The translations under genes and the position numbers were made by a program. From contig NC_068984.1 of the NCBI RefSeq assembly GCF_001194135.2, positions 37,698,980-37,762,979 on the forward strand: a DNA stretch of 64,000 bases. Reading direction: 5' to 3'. The DNA comes from Octopus bimaculoides (Eukaryota). Under the pieces are notes generated by a model that was not told the origin of the DNA, searched no databases, and saw only the letters and a program-made list of their open reading frames with translations. How positions within the stretch are numbered: position 1 is the first letter of the stretch; each line of letters starts with the position of its first letter. Below, piece after piece: positions 25,995 through 39,295 of this stretch.

Positions 25995-26859
25995 CTGGAC
26001 CTTTTCAAAAGAACTTCTGCGCGTCTGTATATTTTGATAAAGTAGTTTGATTTTAGCGTCTCTCTCCGGCCTGTGGCTTTATTTATAGTAACAGCCCTTA
26101 ATGTAATAGTGTATTTTAAAAAATTATATACTTAGTATTAATTTTTTTACCTTGATTGGTTTTATACTCTGGCTTCTTCATAAAATCTTATATAGATTTT
26201 TTCTTTATATTTAATTGATATATGTGCGTGTGTGTTTATATATGTGTGTGTGTGCGTGTGTATGTATGTATGTACGTATGTATGTATGTATGTATGTATG
26301 CATGCATGTATGTATGTATGTATGCACGTGTGTGTATGCATGTATATATGTGCGTCTCTATTTTTGTGTTTGCCACACACACACATAACCGCTTTCAACC
26401 GGTGTTAGTTTGTTTGCGACACTCGTAACTTAGCGGTGCGGCCATGGCCGGGTGCAATTTATATAAAAGAAAAATAATTACTAGAATCGATTTGTCCAAC
26501 TAAAACCCTCCAAAGCGGCGCTCCAGCATGACCGCTGCCCAGTGACTGAAACAAGTACTTCAGGAAAAAGAATAAGAAGACAAAATAATATTAGATACTC
26601 TGGAATTCCTATAGACTTTTATTTATTTATCTATTTCGTATGGGGTGAACTAGTATCTAAAAATTACATTCCAAAATATATTTGCATAACTGAAATTCTC
26701 TTTTTGCTGTTTCCTTCATTTTTCTTTTATTTTTCTGCTTTTTCTTGTACTTCTTATTGTCTAAGTACTGTTTCTACTAGAACTGCTGCTAAAACTACTT
26801 CTGCTGGTTTTTAAGATCTACTACAACTGAAAACTGAGGCTTTTTATTACCAGCAGCAC

Positions 26860-27700
26860 CATGACAAAAACAACCAGCGTTCTTCTTCATTCTTCATTCT
26901 TCTTCGTCTTTATTCTTCTTCTCCTCCTCTTCTTCCACTGTCTTCTTTTACTTCTTCTCTTCCTCCTCCTCCCCATCATCATCATCATTATTATCTTTGT
27001 TCTCTTCCTCCTCTTTCTTTTTTTCCTCTTTCTCCTTCTCCTTCCTCTTCTGCATTTGTTTCTTTCTCTCGTTTTGTTTCTTCTTCTCCTCTTCCTCCTC
27101 CTTCTTTTTGTCCTCTTCTTCTTCTTCCTCTATCTCCTCCTCTTCCTTTTCTACCCTTCTTCCTCCACATTATCATCATCATCATCATTGTTCTCTTCCT
27201 CCTCTTTTCTTTTTCTCCTTCTTTTCCTTTTCTCTTTCTTCATCCGCTTCTTTCTCGTGTTTTTTCCTTCTTCTTCTACACCTCCCCATCATCATCATCA
27301 TCATCATCTTTGTTCTTCTCCTCAACTTTCTTTTTCCTCCTCTTTCTCCTCCATCTTAATCTTCTTAATCTTTCTTTTTCTTCTCCTCCTTCTCCTTCTT
27401 TTCCTTCTCCTCCTCCTTCACCTCTTCTATCTTCCTTAATCCTCTCCTTTTTCTGCTCTCCATTCCCATCTTCTTTTCCACCATTCCTTTATTCTACCCC
27501 TACACCACTATATATTTTGTCTTCTCTTACTTTCGTGTCCCCTATCTATTTTCTTCTCTTCATTCTTACTCCACTTGGCCTTTCTTTTTATTTATCAAAT
27601 CTTATCCCCCTTCCTTTTATGTTTCTGTTTTTCTTTTACTTTTCCCTGTTCCTCTTCTTTAAGCTCTAATCTTATAATCATTTTTCTCTTACGTATTCAC
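26860..27700. repeat. Low-complexity polypyrimidine (CTT/CCT/CAT) tract with internal duplications
   Basis: Nearly G-free + strand; ccatcatcatcatc..tctttgttct unit recurs near 26970, 27165 and 27285. Confidence 0.9.
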
Positions 27701-27704
27701 AATC

Positions 27705-27739
<35 letters not shown>

Positions 27740-27744
<5 letters not shown>

Positions 27745-28155
27745 CTTTTCTACTACAGGCACAAGGCCTGAAATTTGTAGATCACAACAACCTCAATACT
27801 TGACTGGTGCTTAATTTATCGACCCCACAAAAAGGATGAAAGACAAAGTCGACTTCGGTGGAATTTGAACTCAAAATACTGCTAAGCATTTCGTCCAGCG
27901 TGCTAACGATTCTGCCAACTCACCGCCATCTAATAATAATAATAATAATAATAATCCTTTCTACTATAGGCACAAGGCCTGAAATTTTGAGGGAGGGGAC
28001 TAGTCGATTACATCGATCCCTGTGTTTCACTGGTACTTAATTTATCGACTCCAAAAGGATGAAAGGTGAAGTTAAATTTGTGGAATTTGAACTCAGAACG
28101 TAGCGACGGGCGAAATACCGCTAAGCATTTCGTCCAGCGTGCTAATGATTCCGCT
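27740..28155 (-). mobile_element. Two SINE A copies with (AAT)n tails
   Basis: Reverse-complement matches, each preceded on + by (aat)n. Confidence 0.75.
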
Positions 28156-29129
28156 TTAATATTAATAATAATAATTTTTTTATTAGCTACAGAGGCAAGC
28201 ATACCATTACCACTGCTACCGCCACCACCACTAACTACTCCACTACAGGCTACTACTACTGCTAGTCGTGACTATTCTGTCATTTTATAGATCAGGAACT
28301 ACATTGTCCAATGTGGCCTTCTTTTTTTTTTTAATCGGTAGGATGTGATTTAGGAAAAATTTGGCTGTTATTTCTAGCAGGTCCAGTAACTGTGCAGAAG
28401 CTCTTTCGTTGGTTCGTTTAGTTAGTTGTTAGGCATATAGCGGGCAGATGTCCCTAGAATAAATAGTAAGTTTTTTTCCCCACCTCCAAAAAAAAACCCA
28501 GAGAATTTATTTTCCCTGTCTAATACGAATGCATCACCCGCCAATATCAAGAATACGGCTGGTTCTGTATACAGTTTGGGTTGAATCGGTCGTTGATATT
28601 GGCTGGGGCATCTTACAAAGCAGGATACGAACTGCTAACATCTTTGCTAGCTTTGTGTCTCGCAACAAATATACCAGGTTCTCTAGATATCAATATAGAT
28701 GGACTCTCTCGTCGAAGACGTGTGAATTCTTCCTTTTTAAATCGATCCCAGGACTTATTCTTGTAAGCCTAGTACTTATTCTATCGGACTATCTTGCCGG
28801 ACTGCTAAGTGACGAGGACGTAAACACACCAGCATCGGTTGTCAAGCGATGTAGGGGGGACAAATACAGACACACAAACATATACATACACACACATATA
28901 TATATAAATATATACGACGAGCTTCTTTCAGTTTCCGTCTACCAAATCCACTCACAAGGCTTTGGCCGGCTCGAGGCTATAGTAGAAGACACGCACCTAT
29001 GGTGCCACGCAGTGGAACTGAGCCCGGAACCATGTGGTTGGTAAGCAAGCTACTTACCACACAGCCACTCCTGCGCCTATATGTTCAGCTTCTACCGAAC
29101 AACCTACACAAATGATTTGTTTATAGTGA

Positions 29130-29335
29130 TCAAATATTCGTGCTCACCCATTCCATCAAATTGAAGTTGTCTGAACAGATGCACGATGCGTCACGCGTCA
29201 GGTATTGAAGTGATAGCAGAGCAACGCGAGATGAAGTGTTTTGCTCAAGAACACAACGCACTAACTTGTCTAGGAACTGAAACCACGATTTCGCGATCGT
29301 GTGTACAACACCCTAACCACTAGGCCATGCGTCCT
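29130..29335 (-). mobile_element. tRNA-derived SINE
   Basis: Reverse head ggacgcatggcctagtggttagggtgtt and ttgctcaagaacacaacgc core; related to ~58025-58250 (+). Confidence 0.6.
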
Positions 29336-29339
29336 CATT

Positions 29340-30125
29340 AACCTGTATAGCTCTATACCTCGATACTAATATATCTCGATACCGTTATGCTTATATACAT
29401 GGATATCAATATACCTAGATACCATGATACCTATATACCTAGATATCAATATACTAATATACCTGGGAACCAATATACCTAGATACGAACATACTTATAT
29501 ACAGCAAGATACGTATATATATATCAACCTACCATTTACCTAGAGCCCAATATACTTAAAAACCAATATTAGCTACATATCAATATACTTTGGTACCAAT
29601 ATTAATAATATACCAATATAATTAGATATCAATATTGACATATCTAGATATCAATATATAAATTTACTGATATATATCAAAATATGAAGAACCCAAAATG
29701 TCTAAGTATGAAGATATCTAGTTATCAACATACCTAGATACTCAGATACATAAATACCAAAGTACCTGAGATATCAAGAAATCTAGATATCTACAAGCTT
29801 AGATATCAATATACTTATATATCTTGATACCAGAATATCAATATACTTATACACCTATAATGTTATACCAAGATATCAAGATACTTTTATGTAAGCATTA
29901 CTCGCATTACGGAAACGTTGTGTTTCTGAAAATCTTGCTGTAACGAAGGATTCGTATTACGAAATGTATTCCCCATTGACTTCCATGAGCTTACACGTAA
30001 CATGAAAGTCAATGAACAGAAGATTTCTAGTTAAAAAAAACTCCGCATTACTTCCATACGCGAATTTTTCGTAACGCGTGTAATGTCTGTATCTAGACGC
30101 CAATACATCGATATACCTAAATACC
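29340..30125. repeat. Degenerate minisatellite (atacctagatatcaat-like unit) interrupted at ~29890-30085 by a MITE-like insert
   Basis: Many variants of cctagatatcaatata; the insert has cgtattacgaa/ttcgtaacg-type ends. Confidence 0.7.
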
Positions 30126-30190
30126 ATTTTCCCAGCAAGTATACATTCATTATTTCTAGTTAGAGAATTCTAAAATGAGAAAGATAAGTG

Positions 30191-30225
<35 letters not shown>

Positions 30226-30494
30226 NNNNNNNNNNNNNNNNNNNNNNNNNNNNNNNNNNNNNNNNNNNNNNNNNNNNNNNNNNNNNNNNNNNNNNNNNNN
30301 NNNNNNNNNNNNNNNNNNNNNNNNNNNNAGACTGCTTGTTTTAACTTCCTGGATTTTGTGTAACTCATTTTTACCTATGAATCGCAGTGAGAGACGGGTG
30401 ACTCGGAGTGGTCACTCGATTGCTAGAAATAGCAGCCAAATCTCTCTTAAATCACACCGCAGCATTTTAAAAGACGAAGAATTAATTAAATAAT

Positions 30495-30688
30495 ATATAG
30501 TCCTTTATTGCCCACAGGAGGCTAAACATAGAGGAGGGAAAAAAAGGACAAAGGGATTAAGTCGATAATTCGACTCGAGTGCATAATTGGTATTTATTGA
30601 ATCGACCCCGAAAGGATGAAAGACAAAGTCGACCTTGGCGGAATTTGAACTCGCCCGGCGTGCTAACGATTCTGCCAGCTCGCCGCCC
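30495..30688 (-). mobile_element. SINE A copy
   Basis: Ends in ctgccagctcgccgcc, the reverse complement of the head. Confidence 0.75.
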
Positions 30689-31235
30689 TATGAATTAAAT
30701 TATATAGCCTTGGATATGTTGTACTTGGGGAAATGATAGATTGGTCTCGGTTGGAAGGCCTTCAAAGAAAGTCCTACTGTCTGGTCAAAGTCGATGTGGC
30801 CACTTCTGTTTACAAAAATACAAGTTATGATTTATTCTATTTATTTACTTGATCTATTTAAACGCCCGGATAAAGTTAGAAGAATAAACAACTACAAAAT
30901 CCCAAAAACTAAAAGAGAAAAAGAAGCGAGAAAGAAGTACAGATGAATAAGTGAAATGTTCCTGTTTGTATAGTCTCTATGAATTGAAAGATCTTATTTA
31001 TTATAGGTGGATCTCTAAAGAATAACCTGCAACACCAGCCTTGGTAGCCTTTTTAAGCCATTTTTAAAATGTCCGCTCTCTTAGACTGATAAGACTGGTG
31101 AATTTTTTTTACATAGGAAGAAATAATGTAAGGTTTTGTCCATAAGAACCTTATAAAATAATATTTTAAGTAGAGTTACTTCCCTTACACGCTTTTGCTT
31201 TCGTTCCATTTTCAAATCACTTAACACAAATAAAC

Positions 31236-31440
31236 CGTTGAGCTGGCACACTCGGTAGCATGTCAGGAAAATGCTTGGTGACATTTCTTGCGGCTCTTCC
31301 CGTTGTGAGTTCAAATTCTGCCGAGGTCGACTTTGCTTTTCACCTTTTTGGGGTAGATGAAACAATACCAGTCAAGTATTAGAGTCGATGCAATCAACTG
31401 ACCCTTTCCCCTCAAAATTGCTGACTTGGTACCAAAATTA
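31236..31440 (+). mobile_element. SINE A copy
   Basis: Matches the head, core and tail of 3327-3543. Confidence 0.7.
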
Positions 31441-32604
31441 GAAATGCTTAACACGAATATATACTCCTCTGGATTTTATTACTTAACGTAAGGATTTCAA
31501 ATTACACTGAGTTTGATATTTCTTTTCATTTCTCCAGGATTTGTATACTAGAACACCAACACTTGCGTTACGAAAGTGCCACATTCTTAAAAAATACAGC
31601 CGTAATGTGGAATTTTTTAGAACATATTTCTCATAACCTCTACGTAACACCGAAGACAATGAACATGTGCTTCGTGTTACGGAAATCCACATTACAACAA
31701 TATTTTCTACAATGCAGGGACGTTGTTATCTTTTTTCTTCTTATATATAAGGGTTATTATATACCTTTTTTTTTTTTGTCATAGTTTGCCAGTGTTACAT
31801 GGGCGCTGAAATTAATTTAATAGATAATAAATAGTTACCAGGCAACTACATCCCTCGCCTACAACAATTGGCTTTGTACATAAATATGAAATCATTTTTT
31901 ACTGGGCCCAGAGAGGGAACCTCTAAGTGCTCGTTCAACCAGCAAGAAATAGCATCCGAATACCTTCAAATCACACTCTTAACAAAAAGGAAAAAAAACA
32001 TTGAAAAAAATATTGTCATCGATATACGAAATTACGGTATGGTCGTTGCTGGAACGCTTTTAGTCATACATCTCTTTAATCTTCTAGAGCTAAACAACAA
32101 CAACAATGAATCAGTATTTATAACAAAATGTTAGAACAGAGACCGAATTGTTTTGCAGCATTTAATTTCGTTTCCAGTTTCGGTTTTGCTGGTCATTTCT
32201 TCTGGGGTGACAAAAAGCAGTAGTAATATATTCGTATCGAATCAGTCAGTTGTATCATTCTCTTAAAGCAACCCTTGTGCCTAAAGACAGAATCGATTAT
32301 TACAAAACTGACGCCATTTGCCCAAATGCTATGAGTGATGGCGGCGATCGGGTATTGAACAAGTCATTGGTCGGTAGGGCATGTTCTGTGACCAGCGCTA
32401 CGCTAATGTTATCTTTAGTCAAGGCACCGAACTCTAAACAGACCAAATTTACTCAATTACCTGTAATTTACCGATAGACCAGCATTTTACATCTGCTTAA
32501 ACACAACAGAAAGCAATGTTCTATATTAGCTTTATGGATGCTTATCGTTCAGAAAAGATTAAAATTTTTTATAAGAATAATATTTATATAAATACCAGTA
32601 ATCT

Positions 32605-32984
32605 AAGGCAGCGAGCTAGCACAATCGTTAGCACGTAAAACAAAATGCTTAGCAACATTTCGTCCGTCTTTACATACTGAGCTCAAATTCCGCCGAGGTC
32701 GACTTTGTCTTTCATCCTTTCGGGGTCGATAAAATAACTACCAGTTAATCACTGGGGTTCGATGTAATCGACTTATCCCTCCTCCAAACTTGCTGGCCTG
32801 ATGCACATTTGGAATGAACGTAAGTACCAGTAATAAATTGATTTCAAAGTTAGGCACAAGGTCAACAGTTTCGGATGAGGGAGTTAGGTCGATTACATCG
32901 ACCCCAGTGCTCAACTGGTAATTATTTTATCGACCAAGAAAGGATGAAAGGCAGAGCGCTAACGATTCTGCCAGCTCGCCGCCC
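32605..32984. mobile_element. Tail-to-tail SINE A pair (+ 32605-32810; - 32836-32984, internally deleted)
   Basis: The minus copy has a 15-bp TSD taagtaccagtaata at 32821-32835 and 32985-32999. Confidence 0.8.
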
Positions 32985-34658
32985 TAAGTACCAGTAATAT
33001 ATTAAGATCGATCCAGTTGACGTTATCCTTCCTATTAAATAGACCTTTTATCTAAAGATGAAATCAATCATTACAAATCTCATAGATCAGTCGAATGCTA
33101 CAGACGTTAATCAACTTGGTGATTCGTAAGAATGCAAAGCGACGATTAAAACCAAATTTATCCTCTTACTCCCACTCCTGTCTTTCTCTCTAATTATTAA
33201 TAATGAATAAAACAATACAACTTTAAAGTAGTCACTCATATTATTTTTAAAATTTTCCATAATCCCAAAAGAATATAAATAAGAATCAATATTGCACCGA
33301 ATCACTCACTAACCGAGAGAGACAGACAGACCTTTAATTGACATTACATTTTGTTTGGCTTCAATACAGTTAGCTGTTGAATAATCCAACAGAGTTAAAT
33401 GTAAATAGGTACCACCGGTGAGGGGTAGTTCGAGTCCGTAAGAAATGTAAAATGTGACTCGTATTTCTTTGGTGTGCTGGGTTAAGATTTTGTCTTTTGG
33501 TTAGACATAAAGCTAATCGCTTCAATTATGTTTTTCATGTTATTAAGTAAATATATGAGTGCCAATTTTCTTCTATAATTAAAAAATAGTTGACGCCTTC
33601 CAATCTCTGAACATCAGTTTATTTCATTTTTTTTGTTTTTCGTTTTGTTTTTCTTTTTGTCTTTTGCTTCTTTGTTTGGTTTGGGGGATTTTTTTTTCCT
33701 TTTTGTACTCAATATTTCTAATTGAGTATTCTCCAATTACTTCTGTAATTGTACCTTACTTAGTGTTACGTTAAACTATGTGCATACTGAATTGTTGCAG
33801 CGGGGAACGGCTCTGTAGGCCCGATGTTAATGTATGTCTACAGTGACTGGGTAAATAGGAGTCCCAGTGCAATACTTTACCCGAAGACTTATAATCATGT
33901 TTAGGTGACCTTGACCTTACATATTCTCTAGCTGACTTAGAGCATTCATTTCTAAGTTAATTTGATGTAAATAAACTTGAGTGAAAAAAATATAAATATA
34001 GGAAATATTTTCCGGGTATTTCATTTCATTTTCCCCCCTCCCAGTAAAACCAATAAATTCTTTTTTTTTTCTTTTTTTCTTTTTTGTCATTGATTCAAAG
34101 CACTCCAGTCGACCAATTCAAATTGTATTCTTTGCTACCTGGACTAAACCAACATATCTCTAAGTTATTCTCCTACAAGGATTTGAACTCAATGGTCCCA
34201 AATCCAATTACACTCTCTTGCCTTTTCTTCGAACTGTAATACAGGATATATATATATATATATATATAATAACTGGTTCGTCAAGTGAGTCAAAAAAGAT
34301 TAAGTATCTTAGGCAGTGAAATATCACCATAAATAAAATATGAATGAATGGTGTTGGCTTTGTGGTCGACTCAACCAAGTGTGATTTTCAGGAATGAGCA
34401 ATAAATGCTATAACATTTTGTTAGAGATCCTAGGCAGAAATTGAATTAGCAAGGGTATTTAAATCACTTTCCATCATAATTTCTTTGAAAACTATATCAA
34501 CCTACGCGCACGTCCAAGACATTTTATTTGGTCGTAAAGTTATGGAAGATCGACCTCGGAATTATGAAATGCATTGCAGCTCTGGCAGTACTTGATCTTA
34601 TAAAACAAAATATTATAACTATGAAATAAAGAACCCGGTGCTCTGCGTTTTCTAAATA

Positions 34659-35540
34659 CAGTAATCACTCGCCATATCACGCCTCAGTACATCGCGGATT
34701 TTTCAAGCTAATATATGTAAATTCAAATCGTGGACTCCTCAGTATATCGCAGGTTTCTGCGGCCAATAGGTATTCATATTTTTTTTAGATATTATTTCTG
34801 TGGTAAAAAAAAAAAAAGCATTTTCACGCCTAAAAATAAATTAATAAATAAAAATACAGTACAGTACTGCACTGAATAACACATTAATTAAAATATATTA
34901 AAAGAAAATACGTAATGTACAGTAGATGAATGAACAAAGAATCGCACATACTGCATGGAAAACGAAACTCGGGAGGCGAGTGTGTGGTGTTGTTTTGCAT
35001 TTGTGTGCAAAATTGTGAATTTATTTGAAGCCCTACGATGTCGCCCAAGCATTCTGCACCTTCTAAGGTTTCTGACAGTGAACCCAAGCGCCAGAGGAAG
35101 ACGCTTACTATAGCAGAGGAGGTGAGACTCCTCGACTTGCTTAGGGAAGAGAGAAGGTATGCAGATGTATGCCGGCAAAAGAACTTCAGAGAATGGCGAA
35201 AGATTGGGACACCCAGATGATTCGTGTGTTGCAATTCAGAAATGTAATCGACGAAGCCATGGGAGTTTATAAAAACCTCCTTACACAGAAGAAAAGGCAG
35301 CGCTAGCAACTGCCCATCACTATGTTCCTTACCCGCAAAAAAAAAAAAGACACGGGTACTCCTAAGAGTTTGGGGAGAGTTTATAAAAGCTTAAATATGT
35401 AAAAATAATAAAATGAATATATACAAATTATGAAAATAATTTTAAAAAATATACAGTACAGTGCTGTTTCTACTTTGCGGATTTTCACCTATCGCGTGGA
35501 GTTTGGGAATGGAATACCCGCGATAGTCGAGAGACTACTG
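34659..35540 (+). mobile_element. Internally deleted Tigger/pogo DNA transposon
   Basis: TA flanks; TIRs cagtaatcactcgccatatc / gatagtcgagagactactg. CENP-B-type N-terminus MSPKHSAPSK..PKRQRKTLTIAE joined to a C-terminal remnant. Confidence 0.85.
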
Positions 35541-36320
35541 TACACCTGAAGATTAACGAATATGGTTATGAGATAAATTCCCACACTCAAATATCCGAAT
35601 AAACTGTGTATTTGACAACCAGTTAGTATGTTCATTTAACTGTTATAAATGCAGATAATGAAGGAATCCTATTTGGAACAGACGAATAGAACATACAGAA
35701 AAGAAAATCTATGCTTTTTTGACGTTATGTAACTAGATTTTTAAATAGGCAAAGACGAAGTCAAGGGAGACTACTTTTAAATGTTAAAGTAGCCTCCCTT
35801 GAAAGAAATATTATGGTGAGTAAGCAACTATAAATTATTTTGAACTTCTTGAGAATTTATATTAAACCAACTTTGCAGACAGAGAGTGTGGGACAGACTA
35901 TTGTCTGCATATTAACATATTAGTGAACAATTCCAGACAAATTTAAAGATAGTAGGTAGTGAACTGGCACAAATGTGTGTCGGTCACAGCACCTGCGATA
36001 TTCAGTTACGGCCCTTTAATTCTCCCACAGAAATCAACTTTACTTTTCAGCCCTTTAGACATCAATAAAATAAAGTATTAGCCTTCATCGACTGGGATCG
36101 ATTCCTAAAATACATCGAAGGCGAGAACAGAATTATAACACAAGATAAGACAAAATTTAAGTCACTTCGATTGGTTGTTTTAATTTTGAATACGAATTAA
36201 TTTTATCGAAAATCTCAGTTATAAAAATAATTCTTTTCTTGAATAGTTTGTAAATTTTGTTCTAATCAGTGGTTTTTATTTGTCTTGTGGATTTTTATGG
36301 TTGGGGGCTGTTAATTACAA

Positions 36321-36321
<1 letters not shown>

Positions 36322-36398
<77 letters not shown>
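36322..36398. repeat. (GT)n microsatellite
   Basis: Direct reading. Confidence 0.95.
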
Positions 36399-36406
<8 letters not shown>

Positions 36407-37059
36407 TTTGTTTTGGGGGTTTTATAGACCATATCTCAAATGGAAGTTTTCGTTTTGTTTTATTTTATTTTCGTTTTCTGTCTGCATTGCATAAGTGACT
36501 AAACTAACACCCAACCGGGCCAACATGATACAGGCAACCCTAGTGTATTTGTACAACTAACTAGCAGTAGCACACAGGGACAGATAAATACTTTAGGTAA
36601 TGGACGAGATTGTTATAAGATCACTTTGGTAGTTGCGGACCCCTGGTTCTTGAAGGTATCTTTCAATAAGAGGCTTATGTAAAACCTGGGGAATCATTCA
36701 ATTTCTGGTTTTCCCAGCCAATGCTGGGCCATATCTGATTGGCTGAAATTCAAAAATATTTCAATTCTTAAAGTTTCGTAGTTACTTTATTCTTAATTTC
36801 TCCAAAGAGTTTGCTATCTTTAAGTTCAAATACTTATATCTGCGGGACTGCTAAGAAAATACAAAAATAAACTTGAATATTCTAACTAAGCGAAACGAAT
36901 ATGTAAATGCTCAAAAGTCATTCATTAATTGAAAATATATTGATTTAATTTTCTCTTCGGTGAAATTTTTGAAATATATTTTTATAACTACTTAGGGGTC
37001 TTTCCATATTAATTATTCGACTTGCCTCAGGGTTAGTCTTATTCCTGGTAGAGTATATA

Positions 37060-37370
37060 TGGGTAGTAGGTTATTACCTGTAACCTTAGATATCGACATT
37101 ATTTCTCTAAGCCATCAAATGTTCAAGTCCCTCCTGATTACCTTTCTTTTTCTTCAGAAGCAAACCTCCCGTAGAAGTTCTACAAGAGATTCCATTCCAA
37201 TCTCCTTTCCCGACATGACCATTTCAAAATTCATAGTCTCTGGTGCACCAACTACTACAAATTTCATGTTCCAAATCTTCAGAATCTCAAATTTTAAGGG
37301 GTTGTATTTTTTCCACTGTTCATCTACTTTCTTCGCAATCCTAAGTATCAAATGAGCATGATAGATCAGT
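37060..37370 (-). mobile_element. R4/Dong-like LINE 3' end remnant
   Basis: KYNPLKFEILKIWNMKFVVVGA resembles the KYxxLxxEIxRLW..VVVGALG REL motif. Confidence 0.6.
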
Positions 37371-37859
37371 TAACAAGCAAATTTGATTTTCTTTGTCTAT
37401 CTCTGTAATTTTACTTCAAACTCCCCCCCCCCATTCCTATCATTATTGTTGTTATCGTTTTGGAGTTTGTTATTTTTTCTCGAAATCTTTCTTAAGATCC
37501 AACCAATTTGAAATGTCTTTTATAGAAGTGTGACAATATGATAATTATTTTTTGCAGATTATTTTATTAAGTTACTTTAAAACATCATCATTAAAGTTAA
37601 AAATAAAATAATAACAGATTATTTAATAAGTGACTTTTAAATATTTACGTATTCGTTCCGCTTACTCTGAATACCCATGTCTATTTTTATATCAATCCTC
37701 GGATTGTTTGGTTTACTCGTTAGACCCGCAGCTATATGTACCTAAAACCAAATATAACCCGGCAAAATCTATGATTTTCATAATTAGCATTAAAAATTAC
37801 ATCTGTGTAAAAAAAATTTCAAAACAATAGCACCGGGTATGTGAAACCGAAAAGACCTC

Positions 37860-38027
37860 ATATAAGCTATATATTTATATATATAAATGCCTAAGCACAC
37901 GCGTAAACAGTTGTCAAAACACGAGCGACATAAATTTGTTACCTCCCTTTGAAATTCGTGTCATTTAGTAGCAAGTGAAATCCGCTAGAGGACTCTTGCG
38001 TCTTCCTCTTTTAATAATTTTCTGATC
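37860..38027 (+). promoter_or_regulatory. Putative NIFK promoter/5' UTR
   Basis: Non-repetitive, CpG-retaining stretch directly upstream of the ATG. No specific motif verified. Confidence 0.35.
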
Positions 38028-38138
38028 ATGGCAACTGGTAAATCTTTAAGAAAGGATCATAAATTATCAGAAAATTTGGCATTACTGCCATCTGAACAGA
38101 AAGAATTCGAAAAATTTGCTAATGTCGAGTCTTCTAAA
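38028..38138 (+). CDS. NIFK: NIFK coding exon 1 (MATGKSLRKD...ALLPSEQKEFEKFANVESSK)
   Basis: ATG at 38028, 37 open codons, donor AAA|gtaagc, phase 0 fits exon 2. The ALxPxEQKEF-like segment resembles the NIFK N-terminus as I recall it. Confidence 0.8.
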
Positions 38139-38827
38139 GTAAGCCATTTTAATTAAATAATTATTTTATCGTAAATCTTTTGAATGTTTGACTGTCAGCA
38201 CGTGGGGCACTGCCTACATAAACATATTATTGTGTAATAAATTGTTCGTAGCAATTATCTATTAATGTTTTTTTGTTAATATTGTCTCTAAATGCTATTC
38301 TCTGTAAATCTTGCTTGTTTCATAATCTTCGAAATCAAAACCAGTAGAAATTACAAGTTTCCTTAATATTTTGCTTCCTTTCCTTTTACTGGAAAAGACG
38401 GTGTATGCTGAGTTTGTGATTAAAATCAACATTAAAGCAAATACTTGTCGAAGTGGAACAAGTTTTATCGAGTTGTGATAACCAAGTTGTTTATTAGTGG
38501 CTGGAATTTTTAAATTGTCGTGCTTTGATATTTATTTTAACCTAGAGAAGTTTCTTATCCCCGCGAAAATTATGAACATAATGTAACAACTAAGGAACTT
38601 CGATGGACATAACTACATATTTCTGTCACCCCCACCTATAACTTTCAGAAAAATGGATATTTTTTAATGAAATTTTCTACGAATATGTAACTAATGCAGT
38701 TTCACACCTCTCTTTGAAAAATGCATTCGGTTCCTTATGCATTTTTTTGAAAAGTTTTTTTTTCAGATTCCAACGTTTTAGATGTCGGAGATTACGAATG
38801 TACAAAAAAAAATTAATTCCACCAACA

Positions 38828-39177
38828 NNNNNNNNNNNNNNNNNNNNNNNNNNNNNNNNNNNNNNNNNNNNNNNNNNNNNNNNNNNNNNNNNNNNNNNNN
38901 NNNNNNNNNNNNNNNNNNNNNNNNNNNNNNNNNNNNNNNNNNNNNNNNNNNNNNNNNNNNNNNNNNNNNNNNNNNNNNNNNNNNNNNNNNNNNNNNNNNN
39001 NNNNNNNNNNNNNNNNNNNNNNNNNNNNNNNNNNNNNNNNNNNNNNNNNNNNNNNNNNNNNNNNNNNNNNNNNNNNNNNNNNNNNNNNNNNNNNNNNNNN
39101 NNNNNNNNNNNNNNNNNNNNNNNNNNNNNNNNNNNNNNNNNNNNNNNNNNNNNNNNNNNNNNNNNNNNNNNNNNNNN
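38828..39177. other. Assembly gap inside NIFK intron 1 (other gaps: 11902-11956, 14002-14037, 17791-17893, 30226-30328, 51550-51559)
   Basis: Runs of N. Confidence 1.
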
Positions 39178-39295
39178 AAACGGAATCATGCTTATTATAG
39201 AGATTATGTAACAAGTTATACTTTACACTTCTATATTTAACTGTGCACGTATATACTTTTTATCAAAATGTTATTGATTATATTTTTTCTAAAAG

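Noticed and set aside
26861-27669. Leu/Phe/Ser-rich ORFs up to 192 aa
   Set aside because: Translation of a low-complexity pyrimidine tract with no stop-forming bases.
28540-28603. 11-bp inverted repeat (pre-miRNA-like?)
   Set aside because: Stem too short and the loop poorly paired.
29340-29880. CRISPR-like periodic repeats
   Set aside because: No unique spacers, degenerate tandem units, eukaryotic context, no cas genes.
32250-32477. 75-aa ORF in a CpG-rich unique segment
   Set aside because: No start context, splice support or recognisable motif.
35749-35815. Plus-strand exon candidate with gtgagt donor; others at ~33409 and ~33790
   Set aside because: Weak acceptors; cannot be chained in phase into a convincing protein.
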